This document shows, piece after piece, positions 35,926-60,569 of a DNA stretch of 64,000 bases; position 1 is the first letter of the stretch; the number at the start of each line of letters is the position of its first letter. The stretch is from positions 13,535,928 through 13,599,927 of the forward strand of contig CAVNZM010000004.1 of the NCBI GenBank assembly GCA_963693365.1. The letters run 5' to 3'. This DNA is from Amoebidium appalachense. Its lineage: Eukaryota > Protista > Ichthyosporea. Both the position numbers and the translations under genes were made by a program. The notes beneath the pieces are model-generated. The model searched no databases and was not told where the DNA came from. It saw only the letters and a program-made list of their open reading frames with translations.

Positions 35926-36314
35926 GTGTGTCTGTGTGTGTGTGTGTCTGTGTGTGTGTGTGTGTGTGTGTGACTGCGACACTGCGTGTGTGGATTCTTG
36001 TGTTCCGAAGCCCAGTTAACGCTGTTGACCCCTAAGGCTTGGGTTCGAACTTGATTTGGTTTGTAAATCATGGCACACGGTAATATTAGATTAAATCGTA
36101 GAAAGAGGCGCCGCGGGCAAAGTGCAAACCCCCGGGGGGTCTTCCTCCCCCTCCTTCCCCCCACCCCCCTCCCCTCCCGCCCCCCGCCCCCTTTCCTCCC
36201 CCGGGCCTCCCCCTCCCCCTCCTTCCCCCCCCCCCCCCCCCGACCCCCCCTCCCCCTCCCTCCCCCTCCCACCCCCCGCCCCCTCCCCTCCCGACCCCCG
36301 GGCCTCACCCCCCT

Positions 36315-36361
<47 letters not shown>

Positions 36362-36398
36362 ACCACCACCACCACCATCACCAACACGTCACCACCAC

Positions 36399-36434
<36 letters not shown>

Positions 36435-37015
36435 CTACACAGCATGTAACACAATCAATCGTGCAGTACCCGTTGGCACAGCCGTGCGCATGAAGTTCTG
36501 CCGGCTGAGCTGCGTTATTAATGAAGGCTGGCAAAGAGTCCGAAATGTATCAAGGCCTCCTATGTATGTACTTTGAGGCTACCTGCCAGTCTGGGAGAGA
36601 GCCTTGCATGTGTGTATTCGACCCAGGGTTACAAATTGTAGATAAATATCGTGCGCCATAATGATTTGCCTCCCTCAGGAATAATATCCAATCAAACACG
36701 GGTAGTGTTTTTTTGGCGCGAAATCCTTCCCAGCACTCTTACTCAGGCCTGCCGGCTTTTCCTCGGGAAGGTGGCACGACCCAGCGTTCAGTCAAGTTCA
36801 GTTTACGGTGTTATATGGTTCTAGTGATATAGAGCTGACCTGCGCGTGCTTCACTGAGCCTATACACGAGGAGTATACACGAGGTTTAAAGCTTTGCTCA
36901 GTTTACATGAACAGAACTTTGGTCCGACGAGCCAGCCAAATAGAATTAGCTCTCCTTGCGGTCTGTCTGTGATAAGTGTAAGCCATACTGCCTTGTTTTC
37001 CAAACTAAAGCCACC

Positions 37016-43382
<6,367 letters not shown>

Positions 43383-43918
43383 GGGGAGTGGGTGTGCATG
43401 TGTAACAGTTGCATATATGTCAGTGCCCGGGGCGGGCAGGCGGGCTGGGAGAGGGGGGGGGGGGGGGGGGGGGGGGGGGATCCTCCGTTGTAGTATATTT
43501 CAAAAAATAGTGGTGGGCAGCAAGGAGTCAGTATTAGATGAAAGGAATAGGGGAGGTTACTGCTGGACTGTCAGCAACCCCAGCAACCCCATGATTGTCC
43601 AAACTTAGTTGATATACGTACGTATACCAATGGCATGGCTCTGTTTTTAGCATATTGCCACGACATCACTATTTTGCACACCTCACGCTTGATGTCGTGC
43701 ACTACCTTAGCTGCAAACGTAGGCTCTGGCAATTGTTCGATTGCAAATGCATTGATGCATTATTGGCGAGGCTGAAGGTGGCACCTGCCATGTTCAATGT
43801 TCAATGGTCAGGTTGCAAGCAAGAAATGCGCGCTTTAAATTTGTAACCACAAACAACATTATCCCGTGCACGGACGGTACAGGACCAAGTACAGGTTGCA
43901 TGCATGCTGCCCTGTATT

Positions 43919-44295
43919 CGCACAGTACGCGTGTATACATATGGGTGTACGAGTGTGTTTCACATACGGCCCGGTTTTGTGCTTCAGAAAGTATCCCAGC
44001 TTACAAGATTTGAATCTACCTTGTGTTTTTTGCAGCCATCGAATCGATTCTTGCCAACATGGCCACGAGTTTTTCGCAGCCGTCGAAAAGTGCCTGCTTT
44101 CGTTTGTGCGCACCGCACAGTACGCGTGTATGCATATGGGTGTAAGAGTGTGTTTCATATACGGCCCGGTTTTGTGCGTCAGAAATATCCCAGCTTGCAA
44201 GATTTGAAACCATGTGTTCTGCGCAGCCATCGATTCTTGATTCCCAACATGGCCATGAGTTTTTCGCAGCCATCGAATAGTGCCTGCTTTCGTAT
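43919..44295. repeat. ~195-bp tandem duplication
   Basis: cgcacagtacgcgtgtat(a/g)catatgggtgta...cagccatcga...agtgcctgctttcgt occurs twice. Confidence 0.85.
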
Positions 44296-44818
44296 TCACC
44301 CACTCCTTGAGCTGTACAGTTGGAATCAGGTCAAGAGGGGCCTAGAAAAAGGCGGGAGGGAAAGGGGGCAACAAGACGAAGGGTCTGAACAACTGGCCCG
44401 TCCATGGACTGTGTTGTTGAAAATGCAAGCGAAATCACCGTGCTGTGCCGCAGGAAGCAAACACTACAAAGACGGTCAGCTCGGAAAAAATGTCAGGGCC
44501 TCCCCAGGCATGCACAGCCTGTTGGTAGGCACTTGGGACACATCTTTGCCCTTTCGACTTTTTATTTTATATTATATGAATGTGAAGGTATGGTGTTGAA
44601 CCAACAAAAGCGCCTTTTACACGCAAAGCACAGGAAGAATTACAAATAGGAGATTTTCTCCGCACAATATGGACTAAAATCTAGCAAAGCATAGAGCTTG
44701 GTGTATTCACAAACCCACTACATAAGGAAACCCCAAACCCCTTTGAGACAGCGTTAACCTCGTTACCCACAACCTACTATACATAAGCACTCTCACTCTC
44801 TATATGACGTGAACAAGT

Positions 44819-45580
44819 CTAGTCCATCCGCAGCTTCTTAGCGAAGGGCGCAGCAGAAGGGTCTTTCTCCAGCAGTAGCCCAGTCAGGACCTGGATCTTC
44901 ATCTTCAGGTCGGCAATCTCAATCTTCAGCACCTCATTCTCGGCAACAGCCGTCTCCTCCCTCAGCCGCTTGCGCTCACGGCACTTGCGAGCACTTTCGC
45001 GGTTGCTGTCACGCTTGGCCTGTGCCTCTTGCTCAGGGAGCTCCGCCATGCGAGGCTTGGGCTTGCGCTTCTTCTTCTTCTTGGCAAAGCCAGACGCACT
45101 GCTACCAACCGGTGCTGGTGCAGCAAAGCTGACAACAGGCGAACCTGGCGAGGAGAGCGCACTTGGCATGGGCGTGTTCACCAGCGAGTCAACCAGTGAA
45201 TCGACAGGGGACCCATACATGGGTGACAGCTCCGCACTTTGGGGTGAGGACATAGGCGACCCAATAGACGACAGATTTGGTGACGAGGGTGTCGATGGCG
45301 CCAGGGGAGGCAGGGGCTCGAAAATGGGCTGTGAAGCGGCGGCAAGAGAAAGCGCTGCGGCGCTGGCAGCCATGTTCATGTCAAACAGAGACGGAAAGCC
45401 AAACCCTCCCAGGGCTGGGGCACCCGGGAGGGAAGGCAGTGCCCCCAAAAAGGCAGGCATGGCCAGAGCGAAGGGGTTGAACACAAGGGCCGGGTTCGTG
45501 AAGTCAACGGGGGGAAACCCAAAAGGCAGAGGCTGGGCCTTGTTGGCCTCGCCCATAATAATGCTGCTGTTCATGTCCAT
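44819..45580 (-). CDS. bZIP transcription factor (single coding exon)
   Basis: Basic region KRDSNRESARKCRERKR (N-x7-R) followed by a leucine zipper (ENEVLKIEIADLKMKIQVL); Pro/Ser-rich N-terminus. Confidence 0.9.
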   Translation of the reverse strand: MDMNSSIIMGEANKAQPLPFGFPPVDFTNPALVFNPFALAMPAFLGALPSLPGAPALGGFGFPSLFDMNMAASAAALSLAAASQPIFEPLPPLAPSTPSSPNLSSIGSPMSSPQSAELSPMYGSPVDSLVDSLVNTPMPSALSSPGSPVVSFAAPAPVGSSASGFAKKKKKRKPKPRMAELPEQEAQAKRDSNRESARKCRERKRLREETAVAENEVLKIEIADLKMKIQVLTGLLLEKDPSAAPFAKKLRMD

Positions 45581-47286
45581 TTTGATCAAAGACAATTCTT
45601 CTGTATATATAAAACTACCTATTCTGTACGGGCTCTAGGCCACCTGTAGAAAAGTTCAACAACAGGGATCTTCACAAAGGCAAAAACGGAAACACTGCTC
45701 TGCATATGGCAGGCGGAACTGGCAAGAGGACGAAAAACCCGGAGGGGACGGCATTTTCGAAGGTTGTAAAAAGTCCAGGTAATACCTAGACGGATTTAGG
45801 GAACACGAATATCGCGCTTAGCACTCCATTTTCGGTTGTCTGTCGCGTGAGCGGCTATAAGATTTCGTTTTCCTTAGTAACCTCATCGTTGTAAGTTTGA
45901 AAGTAAACTGGCCCGAATCTGGGGACGCGGTCTTTTTATAATAGGCGATGTGTCAGGCGGAAGCCGGCAATACAAACTTATGCTCCATTAGCTATCTATT
46001 GGTCTTTAAACTTTAGTGTATATAAACCTGCTTTTAATTGGATTACAGTACAATTAATGTTGTATTTATCCAATCACAGGTAGTAATGTAAAATAGTATC
46101 TGTTCATTTGTAGCCAACAGTTATCCGAGACCACCGTCAGGTGTACCCGTTTCACGTGCCCTTGTTAGCCGACCAATTACGTTTAGGGTATTGCAGGGCG
46201 ATGCAAAAAAAGCAGTTGCTTTTTAAAAAGCATTAAACATTTAAAACACGAACTACAAAAGGTGATTGTAAGTAGCTTGCAACGCACACGCCATGCTTAG
46301 TAACAAAACTAAAATAAACATTAAAAATCCGTAATATTTAATATTCACCTATGTCCATAAGTTGAGCTATGGTTAGGCAAGTAACACGTGTTCTACTTTT
46401 GGGAACTCTCCATAACAATCATATTTGACAATATTCTTTGCCGTTGCAGGACGGGGGCAATTTCCTTCGCAGCGGCAAGCGTAAGAAAAGGTGGCGGGGA
46501 AAGTAGCAGGCCAGGGGCTAAGAAAAGCTATAAAAAGGATCAGCAGCTTTCCTCAACCTTTATATCAAAACAAAAAGGTATGCTTTTTGCAGCAATTTAT
46601 TGAGTTTCTTTATTTGCTTGTTACTTTCTATAATTTATCAGGTAAATAGATAGAAGAAGATGCACAACAATCCCCGGTATAAAAAATGTATTTGCCGCGC
46701 TTGGGAATGTTGTAGCCACTCATGGAACGGTTTGGTACTTGTTGGTAATGGCGCCAAAATTTAAAAACTATCATGATCAAGCGACGGCCCTTCGCGGAGT
46801 CATCTTGTTGGGAATCTGACAATACGGTACACGATGAAGTGGAACCCTGCCAGGCCATGCTCGAGTTCTTGTCGTGACCGCCAGCTAGTACAGTTGCTGC
46901 GAGTAAGCTCAGCACTTACTATGCAGGGGTCGCGTTTCGATTTGAATATAACAAGTAAATTGGGGAAGGCCTAGGGTTGGCACGATGTGGAATCTGGGCT
47001 ATCATTGAGTTTATATCTGTTTAAAACAGTGGCATGCAGCGGATGTGGTAAAAACGGATACATAGCCCCTATTGACTATTCATTATCATATGTATGTACC
47101 CCCCGCCTTCCCCACACCCTCGGGGGCCATGGATGGATTTGTCCAGAATGTGCGTGTGTGTGGTGCACGGTGTGTGTTGCATGTGTGTTTGTGTGTGCGT
47201 GTCACGTTTAATTTTGTGGGTGTTCAGTGTGTTGCGCGCACCTGTGTGTCACGGTGTGCGTCGTGTTTGTGTGTGTGCGCGCGTGG

Positions 47287-47317
<31 letters not shown>

Positions 47318-47387
47318 TATGTGTGTATGTGTGTGCGTGTGTGTGTGTGTGTGTGTGTATGCGTGTGTGTGTGTGTGTGTGTGTGTG

Positions 47388-47419
<32 letters not shown>

Positions 47420-47614
47420 CGCCGTGCGTATATATATGGGGCCGGGTTTTTTGTTTATGGTGATTATCCACTTTTATATTTATCATGATTGATTTATTTA
47501 TTTATTTTGGGGGGGGGGAGGGGAGGGGGGGAGGAGGAGGCTCTGGATTGGGGTGCAAGATGTGTTAAGATTTGTATCTGATCGAACGTCTGTGTGTGCG
47601 TCTAGGTGCGTGTG

Positions 47615-47699
<85 letters not shown>

Positions 47700-48474
47700 A
47701 CATAGGCAGTGTGCATACATGTGCACCTGTGTGCATGTGGGTGGGTTGGCTTGTGTGTGTGTGTGTGTTTGTGAAAGCGTACGGTGCGTGTGTGTGCGCG
47801 TGTTTTGGCCTTTCCTTCCCACCCCTCCTCACCCCTCCCCATCCTCCCACCCTCCCAACCCCCAGGGGCTTTTAACTTACTAATAGATCAGGATATCTTT
47901 CTAAAAAGTGGGTTTATATCTTAATTTTTATGTTTGTTCAAGTTTGTTTTTCACAACGGTTGTTGATTGTTCGTTTCGTTTTTTTTTGTTTTGTTTTCAA
48001 TTAGGGGGGGGGGGGGGGGGGGGGGAGTGCTCTGGGTTGGGGTTACGGGAGGAGGTAATACTATGTGCTAAGCTTGTACGTCACGGTGGGCAGTGTCTGT
48101 GTGTGACTGAGTGCATGTATGCGTGTGCGCGCCCGTGCATGTGTGTCCCGCGCGTGCGCGCTCGCGTACGTACCTGTGCACGTTGTGTGTGTACGAGATG
48201 TGTACATGAACGTGTGTGTGTACGGGTGTTTTTTCTTCCCCTCCCCCCCCCAAAAAGAGGGGGATCCCCCTCTTTTTTTTTTTTTTTTTTTTTGGGGGGG
48301 GGGGGGGGAGGGGGGGGGATGATTGGTTGGGGTGCGATGCGGGCGTGTGCGCACCGGTGTCTGTGTGTGGTGTATTATGTGTGTGTGGGGGGAGGGGGGA
48401 GGGGGGGGGGGGGGGGGGGAGTGAGGGGTTACGCACGCCGTGAAACTAGTACTGACGGTACCCATGACACACCG

Positions 48475-48511
<37 letters not shown>

Positions 48512-49159
48512 CATCAATATTATACACCACACACACGTCTGCGCGTGCACGCACAGCGTGTCAAGCGCAAAATGTATACGCATGTACATACACATAGTAG
48601 ACATGCATATGCCACATGCCCACTCACAAAAAACCGATGCGGCATGCGCATAGTATGGAGCAGGCACACTCAATCTGTGGCGCGCGGGTCCTGGCCTCCT
48701 GAACACCAACAATAAAAAAATAGGAATAATTCGCGCGCAACCTAACTGATTAGCCGCCATATATGGAAATTTGGGCGGGAAGTTTTGGTACGAAAAAAAG
48801 GGGGGGTTTATCCTTCAATAAAAGTAGTAGGAATATATAATTTGCCAGTGCCACTTATGGAATGCCATCGGTACCTCTGGTTATATTACAAGATTACATT
48901 TTCGTGTGCCAATGAACACGTATGTATACGTACACGTGCTCTTGCATACTCCTTTGCATACAGTGCGGGACCCGGTGTAAAAAAACTCAACTTTCATCAC
49001 ACATTCGTTGTAATAATAATTCATAATTACTGTGCGCGAGTACTAGCATTAGTACGACAACCAACTTACGACGTTAACAGGAGTTAGGAGGTAATCACGG
49101 CTTAGGTGAAATATATATTTATTGAATAGGGAATGCCTTCAGAAAATTAAATCACTATG

Positions 49160-49198
<39 letters not shown>

Positions 49199-49229
49199 TG
49201 CAACGGTTTGTGTGTTTGTGTGTGTGTGC

Positions 49230-49304
<75 letters not shown>

Positions 49305-49349
49305 TGTGTGTGCTTGTGTGTGGTAGTGTGTGTGTGTGTGTGTGTGTGC

Positions 49350-49412
<63 letters not shown>

Positions 49413-49639
49413 AAAAATGTGCGCGTGCTGTACTCTGTGTATTATTTTTGTGTGTATTTGTGCATGTTCAGAACCTTCGTGCATGTGTGTCACCACGTAT
49501 GCACACATGTTAGGTAGCAGTGCACCGTGTGTGTGTTGTGTTTGGCGCGTGTGCGTGGGTTGGTGAGCGAGTGGAGGTAAGAGCGTGTGTGTGTGTGTGT
49601 GTGCGTTAGGGGGCGGGGGCGGGAGGGGGGGGGGGGCGG

Positions 49640-49667
<28 letters not shown>

Positions 49668-49670
<3 letters not shown>

Positions 49671-49974
49671 TGAATGCGTCAAAAAGTACGAAGTACACAA
49701 GAACAAACGGATAACACGATGCAGAATGCAAGCCATACATAAAGAGTATGCATAATAAGAAGAGCCCATCCTCAGGGGGGGCCCAAGTCATCCACAGTAC
49801 CCGAGTTTTGACCTATTCACCTCGTTAACGAAACCCAACTCAGATACTGTTTCACTTGAACATGGGTAGGTCACCCGTCTTGATCAGAGACGAGCAGGGT
49901 TGCTTATGCAGGCAAGGGCAGTGGGAAAGGCCGGGGGTTAAAGTTGCAGCAGTAAGCAGAAGCAAGAAAATATA
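49668..49974 (-). mobile_element. Dispersed ~305-bp repeat, copy 2 (inverted), followed by poly-C on its own strand
   Basis: Reverse complement of 34612-34915 with only a few substitutions. Confidence 0.75.
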
Positions 49975-50276
49975 GATAGGAACTCAGGAGACGGGGCTTC
50001 TGGGAAGCTCCCCCGTCAATACCTAAGTCGATACTTCCCTGGCTAACATACTACACCAGCTGAAAAGAATTAAGTCCCAAAGGCCGCAGAATTCGCAATC
50101 AGAGGAGAAAATATGAGATTTGACCCACGGGGGGGGGGGGGGGGGGGGGGGGGGGGGAGGGGGGGGGGGGAGGGGGAGGGAGGAGATGAAGGTGAAGGTG
50201 AAGGTATGACGGACAACAACAGTGACCAAGGGATGCATGTAGAAAACAGAAAGCAACTGAAAGAGAGCAAAAAAAA

Positions 50277-53930
<3,654 letters not shown>

Positions 53931-54198
53931 CTGCCCCCGTGTCATATTCGGGCTTGTTCCAGTCCTGGTAAGGGGAAAGAGGAGGAGGAGAGGGGGGGGG
54001 GGGGGGAAGGGGGGGGGGGGGGGGGGATGTGGATTAGACAGTGGAAGAATATGAGAAGCGAAGAGCTAACTGCACAGAACATGGCCAAGAAAAAGAACAC
54101 ATAAAAGAACCGAAACAGGTGTGTGGCAAGTAATACCTGAACAGAGTTCTCCACCAGCAAGTAGGCTTGTGCCTGGGGAGATGTGGGAATGGGTGTTT

Positions 54199-54245
<47 letters not shown>

Positions 54246-54356
54246 AGACTGCAACACATTGTGCAATAGGCATTCCTGTTCTAACAGATCAGCTATTGGC
54301 ATGATGCAGGCAAGCAAAGAGGCCTAGGAAGCAGCCGGCTAGATGGCTAAAAAAAA

Positions 54357-54387
<31 letters not shown>

Positions 54388-54525
54388 TAGGTAGAAAACT
54401 GTGCACAATGAGAAGCAAAAGCACACCAAAACAAACACAGGGTCCAGTACATAGAATGGTGTGCAACCCCACACAGCGTATGCACCATACGTAGCGCCTT
54501 TTTTTTTTTAATTTTTTTGAGGGGG

Positions 54526-54556
<31 letters not shown>

Positions 54557-54739
54557 AATAGCTGTGTCCCATATATCGGGCATCAGAATAGTAGGATGTG
54601 TGGTTAGCTACGAGGGAGGGGGGGGGGGGGGGATGCAGTCATCCTGATATAACAATATCTTTTCAGATATTCTTTTTCACAAGCAGAAAGAAATCATAGA
54701 AGCGTGAGAAGCGGTCTGGTTCCCGGGGCGCGGCGGCGG

Positions 54740-54772
<33 letters not shown>

Positions 54773-56514
54773 GGGGTGTATATGCAGCTTGCATGAATTT
54801 GAGGATTGATGCATATCTGACCTTTTGAAGCAGAGTAGAACACGGGTGGAAGAACGTCTATTTAAGCATGTCAGGGAAGCAAGTTTTTCGGGAAGGTGGC
54901 ACGGGGACACACACGTGATAAGGGGGAGGACTGAAAAGAGTCGGGAATCGCTGGCATGTGGACGAAGGGCGGGAAAGGGGCGAGACAGAAAGGCAAAGCA
55001 GCAGCCACACCAGGCAGTAGGAGACACACAGAGAGAGGAAGAGAGAAACACAGACAGGGAGGCAGGCAGGGGGGAAGGGGGAGAGGGGAGAGCAAGAGAA
55101 TATGAAAGTGTATGCAACGTGAAATAAAAACCAGAGAAACAGAGAGGGGAATCGGGGAGGGGGGCGCCGGGGGGGGGGGGGGGGGGGGGGGGGGGGAGGG
55201 GGGGGAGTCCCGAGCCAGGTGTTGGACCGGCTGGGGGCGGGGAGTGGGTCGCAAGGGGGGGGGGGGGGGGGGGGTTGTCAGGCGAAAAATGCCATAATCC
55301 ACACTCTTGAATAGAAAATACTTCGTTTCTCCTTCCTTTCTTCCCTCGCTTCCCTCCCTCCCTCCCTCCCTCCCTATCTTGCTCCCCTCTCTCCCTCACT
55401 CGTTCACTCGCTCACTCACTCACCCAATACCTCCCTCCCTCGACCCCTCCCTCCCTCCCCTGTTCCCTCCCTCCCTTCCTCCTTTTCTCCCTTTCTCCCT
55501 CCCCCCTCCCTCACTCATTCACTCACCCCCCCCCCCCTCCCTCATCCCCTCCCTCCCTCCCTCACCCCTTCCCTTCCTCCCTTCCCTCCCTTCCTCCCCC
55601 TCTCCCTTTCTCCTTTCCTTACTCCCTTTCCCCTCCCTCCCTCCCTTCCTTTCTCGCTTTCTCCCTTCCCCTCCCCTTCCCCAGCCCCCCTCTTCCTCGC
55701 TCACTCACCCCCTCCCTCTCTCCCTCCCTCCGTCCCTTTCTAACTCCCCCTCTTCCTGCTCCCATCCTTGCCTCCTTCCCCCCCCCCCCCCCCCCCCTCT
55801 CGTTCCCAACAACCCCTTACTACGCCCTTCAGCCCCTTCCCCCCCCTCCCCCCCCCACCACCCCCACCCCACCCCCTAACCCCACTTACTATTGCTGGTT
55901 CATCCTCCGCATTTGCATTCAGTTGCATCTTTGCACTCAGCTCAGCCACCCCTATCTTTTCTCGTAGCTGCCTTCAGCGGAGTTTCTTACTAAGCTTCCC
56001 CTTGCGGCTCAGCCCTGTACCATGTGTGACATAAACTGGTTCACACTAGCCCTACTTGGCCCTAAGCTATTTTGTCTGGAGCGGTTACTAGGCCAGCATG
56101 CTACCGTACCTCGAAAGTGGTGCGCATGCACAGGCAGCTTCTGTACAGGCTTGTACAATGTACATGCTCATCGGTATCTGTGCGTGCCTGTCACTGCCTG
56201 ATCAGGGGCGGCATTTCGCCGGTCGGGGACGCCTCTTTTACATCTGACTCATTTTTGGCGCCAAATGGCCCCACTGGCGACAGGCATCAATTTCCAAATC
56301 AAATTGTTCTTATATACTGTACACTACAGATTTGTGCCCTTGCCATAACTTATTTTCCATCTTCTTCTTTCAAAACCAGAATCAATTTCTGCATTGCGTC
56401 GCACTCAGCAACAATCGAACATGCCTTTGGTTTTGCGCACTCGCATCGAGTTTTGCCCCCCTCAACCAATGGGCATGAGGCCTCGCACAATTTGAAGCTT
56501 TTCCACTTTGTGTT

Positions 56515-56638
56515 AGCCTCCGCCGGTGTCAGCAAGGCCTCGACTGTCAGAGTCACTCTGTTAACGTTTGTGGTGTGAGCCTCCGCCGGTGTCAGCAAGG
56601 CCTCGACTGTCAGAGTCACTCTGTTAACGTTTGTGGTG
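56515..56638. repeat. ~63-bp tandem duplication
   Basis: agcctccgccggtgtcagcaaggcctcgactgtcagagtcactctgttaacgtttgtggtg occurs twice. Confidence 0.9.
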
Positions 56639-56753
56639 CATCTTTGTTGTGCACAAGCTTGACTTTTTTCGAGCTGTATAAAGGGCCACTGAAAAGGCGG
56701 CACTTTTTCAGCCAGTCAGAACCCAAACCATCATGTGCAACCACAACACAGCG

Positions 56754-57487
56754 ATGTCTTTTTCGGACGCTGCCACGGCGCTGCTGCGCCAGGTAGCCCC
56801 CCACCTACACCTGCCCGCCACACCCGATCCCGCCCTGCCGGCCAACGCCACGGGGCATGTGGCCCTTCTGTGGCAGTGCTATGCCGTTTGCTATGAGCTG
56901 CAGATGCAGCCCAGCCCGCTGATGGCCAGCATGCTGGGCGACTGCCGCCTGAACAGCAGCCTGCCAGACTTCACAAAGGAAGCATTTGACGCCATGACGC
57001 ATCCTTTCGTGCGCTCAAGGATGTGGTGGAGGGCATAGACATAGACACGCTGCCGCAGCAGAGAGGGACAACTACAGGCTGCTGCTGGCCCTGTGTGACA
57101 ACGAGCTGCTTATGTGCGTGCCCCCTTTAACCCTATCCCACGTCACTCTAAAGCCTCTTGCTGAATCTATCACCCAGCCCCCTGTGTGCACATTAAGTCT
57201 GCCCAACGGTTATGCTTATCAGTAACTGCAGCCTGGTATCGTTCGACCAGAGTGATTCGCAGCAGATGATATCGTCCTTGAAATATATGGATAACCCATA
57301 ACCGCGCAACCCTGAAGCAAAAGCCTAATAAGGTGGTCCTAGGAAGGCGAAATTCGTGAGAATGGAATGGGTAGAGCCTGGACGTGGATCGTGGCCATGT
57401 GTGCATGCAAGCAAGATCTGGTAGTCATATCACACATGCAAAAATATAAAACACACGCATGCGCGCACGCGCACACACACACGCACA

Positions 57488-57551
<64 letters not shown>

Positions 57552-58558
57552 CCGCTCCACACCTTCTACACTCTTGTCTTCTCCCTTCTACCCACCTCTC
57601 GCTCATCAACCCAACTCTTGCCCCCAGGTCGCAGGACTGGCACTACACGACCCCCCTCAACCATAAGAGCGGTCTCTTCATCGAGTTTCTGCAGCTGCCC
57701 GAGCTGCATCCTTTTAACAGTGCCCAACATTGCCATGACTATGTGGCTCGCCTGAGGGCCTTCCCTGTGTTGATGGCACAGGTCAAGGAGGCCCTGCGTG
57801 CAGGCATACAGCAGGTGGGTGACACTGGTGGAGGGGGGGCGGGGGGGACGTGTGTTTGTGGCCGGCCCTGGTTAGAAGTTGGGGGGGCAGTGATGTGGAG
57901 CGGAGTAGGAGCGTGGGGGCGGGACCGCCCGGGGGGTGGGGGGGGGGGGGGGGGGGGGGGGGGGGAAGGGGCGGAAGGATGCCGTGAGGAATTCTCAGAT
58001 GGGTGGGGGAGTAGAATGGTTTTTGGGGACGGTACTGGGCCCTGCGTGGTTGAAGGGGGCCAGTGTGTCGGCCGCAGTTCAGATGGGGGTGCTGGGGAGA
58101 GGCTGTGGGGCAGGGCTTGAGCATTTTCTTCTTGTTTTTTTCCCTTTTTCTTTTTTATTTTTTGAGGGGGGAGGGGGGGAAGGGGGTTGATGTGGTCTTC
58201 CTGCCTTGAGAGCTGTATGTGTGTGCATGGGGAGGGGGGAGGAGGGGGAGGGGGAGGAGTTGGCCCATATTGGAGGATATTGGGCTCTGTTGTTGCCAGC
58301 ATGCCCAATTACTTGTCTTCTTAGACCTCTGCAGAGACACAGCCACGTATTTGGTAGATTTTATGCCGTCCACATAACTGGGTTTGGCGTGCCGACCAAA
58401 AGAGACACGTAAATATTATGACACAAGACCACACCCTCATGTGTGTACATACACATGAACAACACAACACAAGCATGCATTCCTCCCCCCCTCCCCCCCC
58501 CCCCAACCCAACCCACCCACACACACACACACACACATATCCCCACACAACCAAAGTG

Positions 58559-58627
<69 letters not shown>

Positions 58628-58935
58628 ACACACACACACACACACAGGACACGACCATACCCGCGTTCAGTGCCGAGATAGTAGTCAAGCAGCTGAGGGC
58701 CACAGCAGCCACCAACCCCACCGAGTCCAGCCACTATGAAAGTGCAAGGCCCAGGTTCGACGAGCACAAGGTCGACCCTGCAGCCGTGCTGGAGGTGTGT
58801 GTGTGCGTGGGGGGGGGGGGGGGGGGGGGGGTTCAGAGAATAGATTATAAGAGGACGTGGGCGGATGAGGGGGTATCTAGATTTGGCGGCAGCTGGGGGA
58901 GGGGTGGGGATGTGTTATGAGAAATGTAGCAATAT

Positions 58936-58967
<32 letters not shown>

Positions 58968-59311
58968 GGTGGAAATATTTGCATTTAGTTATGTATGATA
59001 GAAGAAAGGATTAGGGGACGTGGAGGGGCTGCATCGTGGACCATTTAGCTAAAATCGGTCTAGAGGGAGGAGAGGGGCGAAGGGGCAATTTTCCAGTTTT
59101 TCCGGCTGTCTTCAGTTGTTAAAAAGCGATAGAACATGCTGGTATGAAAAGGTTGGAAAGGAGCCAGGCACTTTGTGCAGTTACGCTGTTTGGATGGTTT
59201 GACAGTAGCAGTATGTGCGAAACCCAACACCAAAACACAACCTGCACGTATCTCAAGCACTCATCGCTAACCACAACTTCCCGCTGAACATATACACACA
59301 CACACAAACAC

Positions 59312-59359
<48 letters not shown>

Positions 59360-60471
59360 AGGCGCTCACCAAGTGTGTTGTGCCATGTGCAAGGACATGG
59401 CCGATTTTGTGGAAACCGAGTACCTCCCGCACTGCCGCAAGGATGGGGGGGTCTGGGCGTGGGGGTCCAAAGGGGCTGAGGCCTACCGTCTGGCCCTGAA
59501 ATTCTGGACGTCCACTGACATCAGCCCAGAGGAGGTCCATGAGATGGGTGTGTGCACGTGCTAGTGTGGGTGTGGGAGAAAGAGGGGGGAAGGGGGGGGG
59601 GGGGGGGAGGGGGGGGGGGGGGGGGGGGGGGGTGGACAGGAGGGGGGAGGGGGGAGGGGCTGGGCCAAAGAAACAGGAAGGAAAGGAAGATTGGGGTGTT
59701 TTGGGCACCCTGGGAAGGGAGGGGGGGGGGGGGGGGGGTCCGTGGATAGGTAAGTTTCTAAATGGTTCAGGGGCAAAAAGGGATGAGGAATAGCATTACG
59801 GATAGAGGTTAGATGGGGATGTGGGTGGACATGAACGTGTTGGGTGTCTTGTGGCTATGTGGGGGCATAATGTGCGCGTGTGTATGTGCACAATATATGT
59901 AGGAGCATAAGACTTATTTGCATCTGTGCATGCACGTATATAGGTGTGTGCAATCTATTTGCATCTGCTCATGCTCTAACAATGAAAACACCCCTGCAGG
60001 CAAGCAGGAAGTGGCGCAGATCAAGGAGCAGATACTACATAGTCCTGGCCCGGGCCCTGGGCCACCCGGGCTGTGACCTGCGTGGGCTGTGTGACGCCAT
60101 GCAGGCGGATGTGAGGTACCAGCCCCAGACTGGCGAAGCCATCATTGAGGCCTACACTGGCGTCATTGAGAGGCCAAGAAGGTTGCGCCTGATTTCTTCT
60201 CCCTCGTGCCAAAGGCCGAGTGTGTGGTATGCCTGCCCCCCCCCCCCTTTCTCCCCCCCCTCCCCCCCCCCCCCCCCTGGCTCGTCTAGGAACATTCTCT
60301 CTCTCCCTCCCTCCTTCTCTCTCTCTCTCTTTCTCTCCCTCTCTCTCTCTCTCTCTCTCCCCCCTCCCCCCCCCCCCTCCCCCCTCCAACTCGCTCTCTC
60401 CCTCTCTTTTTCTCCCCTCCCTCCCCCTCTTTCTCTCTCTCTTTCTTTCCCCTCCCCCCCCCACACCCCCT

Positions 60472-60569
<98 letters not shown>
